Shown here: piece after piece, positions 1 through 8,087 of the stretch
How positions within the stretch are numbered: the stretch's first letter is position 1
How the letters are laid out: every line of letters begins with the position of its first letter
Assembly (NCBI GenBank): GCA_918797485.1
Contig: CAKKNE010000004.1
Span: forward strand, 4,650,001 to 4,714,000
Source: Pelagomonas calceolata
Lineage: Eukaryota
Direction of reading: 5' to 3'
Length of the DNA stretch: 64,000 bases
Notes under the pieces: generated by a model
What the model was told of the DNA's origin: nothing
What the model saw: only the letters and a program-made list of their open reading frames with translations
The model's database searches: none
Translations under genes and position numbers: made by a program

Positions 1-107
1 TCGGGCGGTGCGCCGACCGCTGCGGAAGCGTCTTGATTTGGATTAACCCAGGGTGGAGTACGGTGTGCACACTCGCGTTTTGCGCGCCGAGTACGGTCCT
101 CGCGGCG

Positions 108-977
108 ATGTTGTCAGCTTTTGCGGTATTCTTGTTCCTCTTTAGTCTGCTCGCGAAGACGCCCGTCGTTCTTCAGAGGGGGCTTTGCGCCTTGATCATT
201 GCCGCACTGCTCGCGTGGCTCGTACCGGCCTGTGTGGAAATCAACCAGTGCGTCGGGTGCTGCCACGCCATCGAGCAGGCGTCGCATCGATGGCGTGGAG
301 GTCGACGCGGAACGCGCCGTAAAATTTTGATTTCCACACAGGTACCGGCCGTAAAAAATGTGCTGACGCGCCCACGGGAACATGTGAGACGCCTCGTCCA
401 GGGCCTGCGCGGCCTCGGTAGAGAGGCCTGGGGCGTCGGGAAGGTTTTGGTGCCGGGTGCGGCCCTGGGACTGGTCTACTCGATGTTCGAGGTGGAGCTC
501 GAGACGCACCTGCTCACGGCTTTAGCGGGAGGCGTCGTTGTCATCATGGCGGTGAAGCCGCTGCGGAGCCGCGCGTTCCGCTACCTCGGCCAGGCGCTGG
601 CCGACACGGGCGTCACTCAGCCGCCGAGCGAGGCGCCGCGCATCCTCGAAGCCTTGCAGCGCCTCGCCACTTTACCCGTGGAACTATACGTTCCGATCAA
701 CGTCCTGGACGACGCGCAAGTCAAGGCCAAGCTCGAACGAGCCGGCTTCTCGCGCCGCGACGGCGCCGCGACGCCGAGCCGCGCCGAGCTCGAGGCGGCC
801 TACGACGACGCCTATGGCGCCTGCACCGTGTGCTTCGCTCAGTTTGAAGCCGGCGACGAGTGCGTGCGCCTCCTCTGCGGGCACGTCTTCCACCGCGACT
901 GCGTGGTCCAGTGGGTGAACACGCGGACGGAGTCGGGCCGCGTGCCGACGTGCCCCCAGTGCACCTGTGACATGTGA
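108..977 (+). CDS. Membrane-anchored RING-H2 E3 ubiquitin ligase-like protein; exons 108-221 and 342-977 (~249 aa)
   Basis: C-terminal CTVC...CGHVFHRDC...CPQC RING-H2 motif and several hydrophobic segments. First in-frame ATG at 108. Contains a 120-nt in-frame introner intron at 222-341. Confidence 0.8.
   Translation: MLSAFAVFLFLFSLLAKTPVVLQRGLCALIIAALLAWLVPACVEINQCVGCCHAIEQASHRWRGGRRGTRRKILISTQVPAVKNVLTRPREHVRRLVQGLRGLGREAWGVGKVLVPGAALGLVYSMFEVELETHLLTALAGGVVVIMAVKPLRSRAFRYLGQALADTGVTQPPSEAPRILEALQRLATLPVELYVPINVLDDAQVKAKLERAGFSRRDGAATPSRAELEAAYDDAYGACTVCFAQFEAGDECVRLLCGHVFHRDCVVQWVNTRTESGRVPTCPQCTCDM
230..341 (+). mobile_element. Introner element copy 1 (non-autonomous TIR transposon; intron 222-341)
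   Basis: Perfect TIRs CTGTGTGGAAATCAA / TTGATTTCCACACAG. Perfect 8-bp TSD GTACCGGC at 222-229 and 342-349. GT donor lies in the first TSD; AG acceptor is the TIR end. Confidence 0.93.
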
Positions 978-1434
978 GTAAGATGAGTATAGATATCCTG
1001 CCAGTGGACCGCTCAGATAGGCTGTCGCGTCGCGCGGCGTATTCGGGTCTTTCTTTTACAAGCGCGGCGACGTCGTCGACGCGGTCCCTCCGTGCCCGGG
1101 CGCGTGCGATGGTGTCCCCTTAACTGCCAGAGCCCGCATTTCAGCGCAGCGAGGCGTACGCGAGCAGAATGGCACCTCACCACACTCGAACCTAGGGGTC
1201 CGCGCCGGTGCCTCGAGACGTCGCCGGCGCCCCGGGAGCGTCAACCAGAGCCTGGGGAGTCCTGTATCGTCGCGATGCAGGCTCAGATAGCCTAACTAAT
1301 GTAAGTCCGCCGCCACAGCGCGCTCGCATCGAGCGCCTCTGCCGCGCGGGAGAGGCAAGGCGAGGCAGCCCCCGGCGCTTTTTCGGTCGTATTAGCTTCC
1401 AAATAAACCGGGCGAGGCAGCCCCACCCCCAAAG

Positions 1435-2082
1435 ATGCCCAACGTCGAGGACGAGCAGCACATCGTGCTGCCGGGCGCGCCGCCGGCCCACCTCCTGAAG
1501 CGCACGATGATCAAGGACTGCATCGGGCGGTGCCGCGCGACGTCCTACGATTTGCCCAAGGACGTCATGCACGTCTACGGCTACATCCAGGAGAAGGACA
1601 AGGCCGACGCCCGCGAATGCATTGGGGGCTGGGACCAGTTCACGCCGTCGGCCTGCTCGTCGGCCCAGCGGAGCTTCGTGAAGACGAACCTCGAGGCCTT
1701 GAAGGCGGGGAACATCACGGCCAAAAGCCAGAGGGAGTACCAGATCGCGAACCCGAACATTTTCAGTGCGCAAGCCAAGCCCGGCCACAAGCCGGATCGG
1801 CACAACAAGCCGCCCTTCGACGGGCCCTACGGCTTCGTGCCGAAGACGGGCACCGAGCCTTTGACACATACCATCGAGGGCCGCTACATGGGCCAGGGCG
1901 ACGACGACGCCGACTACCCGGACATCATCTCCATCAAGAAGGCGAACAAGCTGCCCGGGCCCAAGCCGACCAAAGCGAGCCAGGGCCACGCCGTCAAGGC
2001 CAAGGAGGAGTCCCCTCCGAAAAAACACTTCTGCATGAAGCGCTTCAAGAACATCAAGTCCCGGCTCAACCTCGACCAATGA
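1435..2082 (+). CDS. CFAP77: Cilia- and flagella-associated protein 77-like (DUF4483)
   Basis: 215-aa ORF with pattern IGRCRATSYDLP...VYG...ECIGGW...RSFVKTN.EALKAG.ITAK..REY, resembling CFAP77; strongly GC3-biased codons. Confidence 0.7.
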   Translation: MPNVEDEQHIVLPGAPPAHLLKRTMIKDCIGRCRATSYDLPKDVMHVYGYIQEKDKADARECIGGWDQFTPSACSSAQRSFVKTNLEALKAGNITAKSQREYQIANPNIFSAQAKPGHKPDRHNKPPFDGPYGFVPKTGTEPLTHTIEGRYMGQGDDDADYPDIISIKKANKLPGPKPTKASQGHAVKAKEESPPKKHFCMKRFKNIKSRLNLDQ

Positions 2083-2102
2083 GGCTAGTGTCTTAATCTT
2101 TT

Positions 2103-3248
2103 TCATATGAGTAGTGCGCGGTGGGGGTGGGGGCGTGCGGGGAGATCAGGAATGTTCATGGAAACGTGGGGCCGGTACGGATGGACGTGGCCGCCGTCGC
2201 CGACGCGGCAATACTTGTCGTACTCGCAGAGCTGGAACTGGACGTCGTGGATATCTAGAGAGACGCCCTTGCAGAACTCCGGGTCCAGGCTCAGGAGCGT
2301 TCGCAGGAGGAGCCGCATCTCCGTTATGAAGCGCGCCTCACCTCCGTCAAAATTGAGCGCGCGCCCGTGGAGCCGGTTCAGGCCCCGCCGCGCGCCGGGC
2401 CCCGGCGGCGTCCAGTCGCCCTCGTCGCGGACTAAGGCCCGCACCGACGGCCAGCCCATGGCATCGAGGAGCACCTCCTTCGCCATAAAGCCCGAGCCGC
2501 CGAAGCCACTGACTCGTCGAAGCCGCGTGCAGACCGCCCGCCACGACAGGCGGCCGCCGGCCGGCGCGGCGACAATATCATCGACGGCGAGTCGCAACCC
2601 TTCCAGCGTCGACAGTTCCTTGTCATAAACGTCGAGAGGTAAACGCGACCGCTCAGCGTTGAAACGGACCCGGTTGTAGGCGCTCGTGAAGGCGTGATTG
2701 CCGGCGTTCCAGCACGCGACGGCATTGCATCGTTCCAGGAAAGCGTTCCAAGCGCTCATGTCCGCCGTCCAGCCCGTTTGTTCCGCGAACGCCACCGTCC
2801 CAAACACGCGAAAAACACCGCAATTGAACAACACGGTCGCGGCGTCGGCGTTACCGTGCTTCGCGGTCCAGTGGGCGCGGAGCCACGCCGTCGTGCGATC
2901 ATGCTCGCGCTTTACGTTCGTGAATTTATATCGATTCAGGACGTCGTCGTCGGACCACGGCCACGGTGCGCCAGCGGCCTTCGCCAGGCGGATCTGTTCG
3001 CGGGTCTTGAGCATGCGTAGGAATTTTGCTGTCTCGGCCGGTGCCGGCGCCGCTGGGCTCGCTGCCACAGATGGTGGGCGTTTCTTTGTCGGCGCGGGCT
3101 CGGGCTCGGGCGCCGCGCGCTTCCGCGGGTTGTAGCCCAGCGGCAGGATCAAGATGGGCTGGCGCTTGGCCCACGCGGTTGGAGACACAAGCTCGCCGGC
3201 GTCATAGCGAGCCTTCAGTGTCGTCCGACTGAGGGGCAGCCCGCGCAT
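2103..3248 (-). CDS. Alpha-glutamyl/putrescinyl thymine pyrophosphorylase clade 1 (aGPT-Pplase1 / amino acid:DNA transferase) homolog; start uncertain (ATG 3248 or further upstream, ORF open to 3473)
   Basis: Ordered motifs REQIRLAK..G.PWPWSDDDVLNRYKFTNVKREHDRTT, LFNC.VFR.FG, AFTSAY, GFGGSGFMAKEVLLD, PGPGARRGLNRL, DVQFQLCEYDKY.R. Basic NLS-like segments (PRKRA, PTKKRP) precede the domain. Confidence 0.85.
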   Translation of the reverse strand: MRGLPLSRTTLKARYDAGELVSPTAWAKRQPILILPLGYNPRKRAAPEPEPAPTKKRPPSVAASPAAPAPAETAKFLRMLKTREQIRLAKAAGAPWPWSDDDVLNRYKFTNVKREHDRTTAWLRAHWTAKHGNADAATVLFNCGVFRVFGTVAFAEQTGWTADMSAWNAFLERCNAVACWNAGNHAFTSAYNRVRFNAERSRLPLDVYDKELSTLEGLRLAVDDIVAAPAGGRLSWRAVCTRLRRVSGFGGSGFMAKEVLLDAMGWPSVRALVRDEGDWTPPGPGARRGLNRLHGRALNFDGGEARFITEMRLLLRTLLSLDPEFCKGVSLDIHDVQFQLCEYDKYCRVGDGGHVHPYRPHVSMNIPDLPARPHPHRALLI

Positions 3249-3646
3249 GCCTTCAGCGGCCTCCTCGTATGCGCCGTTGCTCGGCCTGGGCTGCCAGGGC
3301 CTGCTGGTGCCCGGCGGCCATGCCCTTAACCATGGGGAGCAGGAGGCATGGCCACAGCAAGGGGGGAGCATCAGGCACGCCACAGGCCATGTCTGCAGAA
3401 AAAGAGCCAAAAACGCACTGACCGGCAGCCGCAGCGGGGCATTGGCCTGCGGAGGCACCAGAGCCCATTTCAAGCTGTGCTCTGTGGATCGAGCTGAGAG
3501 CTTTCTTGCGGGTTCGGGCAGCCAGAAACGAGGCGAGAAGGCGAGGCCTGGAGACTCCTTGGAGACAGCTACAATAAGCCCCGGCCCGCGACCGCCGACG
3601 AATCCGAGACGCGGCCCGCAAAACGCAAGAGAACACTCGAGACACC

Positions 3647-4843
3647 TTACACGGGCTCCTCCTCGCGCCCCTTACAGTCGCCGTTCGGACCGTACCCGTA
3701 CCGCGCCGCCGCCGCCGCGACCTCCCGCAATTTTGGAGGAGGCAGCGCCGAGACCAAATCACTCCAGCTCACGTTCGCGTGCCGCCGGTGGTGGGGAATC
3801 CTAGGACCATCAGCACACGCACCTCTCAAACAGCGTTTCGGGTCGAAGATGCCGCGGTTCGCGATCCAGTGCGACCAGGCCCGCGCGAGTGTCCCGGCCG
3901 TATCAAGGCCGGCCTGGAAGGCTTCCGTCGACGACACACACACCCTCTCCCCACTCTTCTCGTCGTCGCGCGCCAGTTCCACCAAATCACACAACGCCGC
4001 CCCACTCAAATCGTCCTCGATGCGCGCCCTCGCGTCCGCGAAGCGCTCGATCCTCTCGTTCCAGCCGAGCCACACGTTCGATAAAAAGAGCAGCCACCGA
4101 TCTCTCCTCCTCGACTCCTTCTCGCTCAGGGTGAGGCGGTAGAGGGACCGCTCGAGCTGCGTCGCTCCCGTAGGTGCGTCCTCCGGGGGCGGCGGCGGCA
4201 GCGCTAAGGCTCGAGCGGCGAAAGCCAGGGTAGACCGCTTATGCGTCGATAGTGCCGCGACGTTGCCGACGGGACACCTTATGATCTGCAAAACCCTCCG
4301 AAACCTCACGTCCAAGTCGCGGACGGCCGCCGCCGCGGGGGGCACCGGGTACGGCCTTTGCGTGGAGTCGCGCACGGCGTACAACCAACACACACTGCCA
4401 TCCCTCCCGAGGCGCTCGTGCTCCACTCGTAAGCCCGCGTCACGCAACCTCAAAGAAGCGTGCCACGAGCCCGCTCCGCCCAGCGAAGTAACCAGTAAAG
4501 GCAATCGAACTTTCCGCGAGTAGACGGTCTTCTTCGAGCGGCCGCAGGCCGGCGGCACCATCTTGAGGGTCGCGTCGCGCAAAAAGCGGCAGTGCCGCGA
4601 GGACACCACCACGGGTGCTGTCGTGTTCGTCGTCATCGGCTTGCGCGGCCTCCGGTAGACGCCGCGCGGGACGGACGACATGAAGGCGCGCGTGAAAAAC
4701 CTCAAATTGCAGGCGAAGACCGCGATCATGATCATAGCTCCTAAAAAGGCGAGCGCGCTCGAGTGCGTCGTCGCGACGAAGCCGCTGCCCGTGCGCCGGC
4801 GCAGCAGCGTCGGCGTCCGCAGGGACGGGAGGGCGTCGCGCAT
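3647..4843 (-). CDS. Sulfotransferase-like protein with N-terminal signal anchor
   Basis: Hydrophobic anchor ALAFLGAMIMIAVFA; PAPS-loop-like LLVTSLGGAGS; LRVEHERLGRDGSVCW; 3'-PB-like VLQIIRCP. Confidence 0.55.
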   Translation of the reverse strand: MRDALPSLRTPTLLRRRTGSGFVATTHSSALAFLGAMIMIAVFACNLRFFTRAFMSSVPRGVYRRPRKPMTTNTTAPVVVSSRHCRFLRDATLKMVPPACGRSKKTVYSRKVRLPLLVTSLGGAGSWHASLRLRDAGLRVEHERLGRDGSVCWLYAVRDSTQRPYPVPPAAAAVRDLDVRFRRVLQIIRCPVGNVAALSTHKRSTLAFAARALALPPPPPEDAPTGATQLERSLYRLTLSEKESRRRDRWLLFLSNVWLGWNERIERFADARARIEDDLSGAALCDLVELARDDEKSGERVCVSSTEAFQAGLDTAGTLARAWSHWIANRGIFDPKRCLRGACADGPRIPHHRRHANVSWSDLVSALPPPKLREVAAAAARYGYGPNGDCKGREEEPV

Positions 4844-5324
4844 GGTTTTTGTTGCGCTGCGGCGCTCGCGTGGCTTGGGTCAAACTAGTTTTGTCTTGTG
4901 CGCCTCGTCACGCGCTGTGAGAGCGCACGCTTTGAGGCTAGGCCTATCTAGAGATATAAAAGCGTGCCGGGCGGCCCAGCGGGTCCATCTTTGATGCGGT
5001 AGCGGCCTCAAAGCCAAGTCGCAGCCGAACCGGGCTAGTATGTCGACGCTAGGTATTATTTTCCCGGCGGCGACTAGTCTGTTGATTCTTCATCTCAGAC
5101 GCCTCCGAGGCTTGGCAACGTGCATGCTTGCCGATTTTCAGCAGCGCTCGGCGCCGCTGCAGCATTTGGTTTGCTTTGCGGACGTGCCTGTGTTCACCAC
5201 ATTGGCGCATCTATTACACACAGCGCTTTCGGTGCGCTGCGTTATTATCGCGCTTGCATTCTTGCGCCACAAGACGCGCTGTGAAACCCCAAAACTCCCG
5301 CGCTCTCACAGATGTTTGAAAATT

Positions 5325-6641
5325 ATGGAGGTCGTAGCGCCGCCCACGGCGCCGCCAGCAGCCACTGACATGAAGATCACCTCACCGGCGCCGCCCGCGC
5401 CGCCCAAGAGCGTCTCGCCCGAGAAGCCCATCAACGGCCCGCTCGCGGCGCTCAAGCAACTCGTCGCGACGGCCGACGCTGATCAAGCCCAAACGCTCTC
5501 CACGGAGCTCAAGGCCTTGGTGAAGCAGTGCGAGCAACGAATCGTAGACGCGCGCAAGGCCGCCTCGGAAACGAATTTGGGCGAGGTGCGCTGGACGTGC
5601 GACGCGACGTGTTTGCAACCGAGGGGCAAGGCAACTCTCAGAGTAGGAGACCACGCTATCGTGGTGGTCAACCCGAAGGACGGCGCGGTCAAGGGCGAGT
5701 TCCCCTTCATGTCGATGAAGGCTGCTTTTACATTACCGCCGACCGAGAAGTCGCAGCCGTCCGAAGCGGCCACGCTACTCCTAGCCGCCTCCGTCACCAC
5801 TCCAAAGCCTGCTACCAAAATCACGTCGAAACTCATGCAGGACGCCTTCAAGAAGGCGTCGCTCGCATTGACGGTGAACGACAAGTACTCGAAGGCTACG
5901 CCGTGCCCCGGCACCACCACGACACTAGCAAACGTTGCACCACATCTCGCCTCCTTAACAAAGGTCGCCAATAGATCCTTACTGAAGGGCGGCAAGGATC
6001 CCATGAGCTTCAAGAGCGCGATATCGTCATTACCGTATGTGAAAGCGACACTAGGCGCGGCGCAGGGCAACCTCCATTTAGTTGACCTTGGTATTCTCTT
6101 CTTGAAACCGTTAGTATTTCTACCCTGCGAAGCTATCGCGTCCATCGATTGTGGGAGAGCAGGAGCCGGGAACTGCTCGTCCTTCGATCTCATGGTCGAG
6201 ATGGAACGCCCTTGGGACACTTCTGATGACGACAAGCCGGCGAAACCGCCGGCCTTCGAGTTCTCGAACATCCGGAAGGACGAGTTGGAAGGAGTGCAGA
6301 AATTCATCAGAGATGTGCTGCTGCCGTGCCGGGCCAAATTACGAAGGGAATTGGCGGAGAAGAAGGGCGAGCCCCAGGCGATCGAGGAGGACTCGGATGA
6401 TGAGGATGACGACTACGAGGCGCAGTCCTCGAGCGACGAGGACTCGGACGACTCGTCGCTCGAGGACTCGGAGGCGGGCGACGACCGCGGCGACGAGACC
6501 GAATCAAACGACGAGCGCGAGGGCTCGGCCGAGGAGCCCATCACCTTCGAGAGCGACGACGAGGCGGCGGCAGCGCGCGACGAGCCCGCGTCGCCCTCGT
6601 CGGAGCCCGCCGCCAAGAAGCTCCGCGCGGGCTCGCAGTAG
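5325..6641 (+). CDS. Rtt106/SSRP1-type PH-domain histone chaperone-like protein with acidic tail
   Basis: YVKATLGAAQGNLHLVDLGILFLKPLVFLP...SFDLMV...FEFSNIRKDE resembles the Rtt106 PH domain. Long D/E/S tail and terminal PAAKKLR NLS. Start at ATG 5325 is inferred. Confidence 0.75.
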   Translation: MEVVAPPTAPPAATDMKITSPAPPAPPKSVSPEKPINGPLAALKQLVATADADQAQTLSTELKALVKQCEQRIVDARKAASETNLGEVRWTCDATCLQPRGKATLRVGDHAIVVVNPKDGAVKGEFPFMSMKAAFTLPPTEKSQPSEAATLLLAASVTTPKPATKITSKLMQDAFKKASLALTVNDKYSKATPCPGTTTTLANVAPHLASLTKVANRSLLKGGKDPMSFKSAISSLPYVKATLGAAQGNLHLVDLGILFLKPLVFLPCEAIASIDCGRAGAGNCSSFDLMVEMERPWDTSDDDKPAKPPAFEFSNIRKDELEGVQKFIRDVLLPCRAKLRRELAEKKGEPQAIEEDSDDEDDDYEAQSSSDEDSDDSSLEDSEAGDDRGDETESNDEREGSAEEPITFESDDEAAAARDEPASPSSEPAAKKLRAGSQ

Positions 6642-6717
6642 TAGTCGGGTAATGTGTACCGTACAGCAGCCTGTCTCTCGCGTCGACGGCGTGTATGATG
6701 CGTGAAACTTACACGCC

Positions 6718-7671
6718 CTAGGCGCCCACGTGCCACGCGCGAATCAAACCGTCCGTGTAGCCCGAGTAGAGCACCGCGCCGTCCGCGGACCAGCAGATCG
6801 ACGTGCAGTAGGGCGCCGTCGCGTTCTTGCCCATGGCCGGGAACTCGGGCTTGAGCTCGTCGACGACGACCTTGCTCTCCAAATCCCAGATCTTGATCGC
6901 GAGCGTCGTCGCCGCGCAGAGCCAGTAGCGGTTCGGCGAGAAGACGAGCGAGTGGATGATGTCGCCGGCGTCGAGCGAGTAGAGGCGCTTGCCCTCGTTG
7001 AGGTCCCACAACATGGCCGTGCCATCTTTACCACCAGAAGCGCAGAGCGAGCCGTCGGGCGAGACGGTGACGGTGTTCAGGTAACCCGCGTGGCCGTACA
7101 AGTTCGTGCGCAGCTTGCAGTTCGTCAGGGACCACACTTTCACGAGCTTGTCCCAGCCGCAGGAGACGATGACGGGAGCTTGCACGGAGGGCGAGAATCT
7201 AACACAAGACACCCACTCCGTGTGCCCCTCGTCGCTGATCGTGTACTTGCACTCGCCCAGCGTGTTCCACAATTTGACCGTTTTGTCTCTAGCTCCAGAC
7301 ACGATCTGGCGGTTGTCCGTCGAGAAGGCAACGCTCAAAACGTCCTTCGAGTGGCCGACGAAGCGGCGCGTCGTCTTGCCCGTCGCGAGCTCCCAGAGCC
7401 TCAAGGTGCCGTCCCAGGAGCCCGACAGCGCGAACTGGCCGTCGGAAGAGATGACCACATCAGACACGAAGTGGCTGTGGCCCTTCAGCGCGCGGCGCGG
7501 GTAGCCATAAGCCTCGCCGTCGCCGCCGGCGTTCGTCAGCGTCCAGACGAGGCAGGTCTTGTCGCGCGACGCGGAGATGATCATCCCCGGGTCCTCGGAC
7601 GTCGTCGCGAGGGCCGTGACCCAGTCGCTGTGGCCCTTGAGGACGCCGCGTAAGGTGAGTGCTTCCGACAT
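6718..7671 (-). CDS. RACK1: Receptor for activated C kinase 1 (40S-associated WD40 protein)
   Basis: 317 aa with seven WD repeats and diagnostic segments [52 protein letters not shown]. Start context GCCACCATG. Confidence 0.97.
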   Translation of the reverse strand: MSEALTLRGVLKGHSDWVTALATTSEDPGMIISASRDKTCLVWTLTNAGGDGEAYGYPRRALKGHSHFVSDVVISSDGQFALSGSWDGTLRLWELATGKTTRRFVGHSKDVLSVAFSTDNRQIVSGARDKTVKLWNTLGECKYTISDEGHTEWVSCVRFSPSVQAPVIVSCGWDKLVKVWSLTNCKLRTNLYGHAGYLNTVTVSPDGSLCASGGKDGTAMLWDLNEGKRLYSLDAGDIIHSLVFSPNRYWLCAATTLAIKIWDLESKVVVDELKPEFPAMGKNATAPYCTSICWSADGAVLYSGYTDGLIRAWHVGA

Positions 7672-7677
7672 GGTGGC

Positions 7678-7835
7678 CTGCGTGGAGCGGTCTGTGAGTT
7701 TATCGCGCGGCGGCGGCGTTTTGGGCTAGCGGCGGCGTTTTTACGCCCGCGGCGAGCAGGTGCTGCATTGGCGGCGCTTGGGCGAGCGACGGCACGATCG
7801 CTGCCCGCGCTGCCGAGATCTAGGACCCATGTGAC
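7678..7835 (-). other. Probable 5'-UTR intron of RACK1
   Basis: On the minus strand CAG immediately precedes GCCACCATG, with a CTCAC branch-like motif upstream. Candidate donor AG|GTCAC at 7835; donor position uncertain. Confidence 0.4.
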
Positions 7836-7949
7836 CTCTGAAGTGCTTAAGTTGCGTGTGAGACGCTGGACGGTGCGATTTTACAGCCTTTTTTGCTGTG
7901 TTTGGCAATTCGCCGATATAATCCGCTAGCGTGATGTCCTAGTAGGTTT

Positions 7950-8036
7950 CAAGCGGCTCGCGCCCGCCGCCGATGAATCGGTGACGCGCGGTGTCTCCCC
8001 ACACAAGGGACTCCGCCCGCGAGTCCTAGCACCGTC
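7950..8036 (+). repeat. Dispersed intergenic repeat, copy A
   Basis: 7950-8000 matches 56897-56947 at 47 of 51 positions. Both copies are followed by a CCTAGCACCGT motif. Confidence 0.75.
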
Positions 8037-8087
8037 AATAAAAGCAGGAAATAGACTGGAGACCTTAAAGGGGAAAGGGGGAATAGA

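Noticed and set aside
229..342. Recurring peptides CVEINQCVGC, HAIEQASRRWRGG and RRKILISTQ in several ORFs as a protein domain
   Set aside because: They are translations of the introner DNA in different frames and disappear after splicing.
3647..4843. Neighbouring P-loop-like gene as the 5-hmU DNA kinase partner of the aGPT-Pplase1 homolog
   Set aside because: It has a signal anchor and sulfotransferase-style motifs with no GxxxxGK(T/S), so it looks like a secretory-pathway enzyme.
7678..7950. Intronic box C/D snoRNA as in other RACK1 genes
   Set aside because: No TGATGA/CTGA box pair found on the gene strand.
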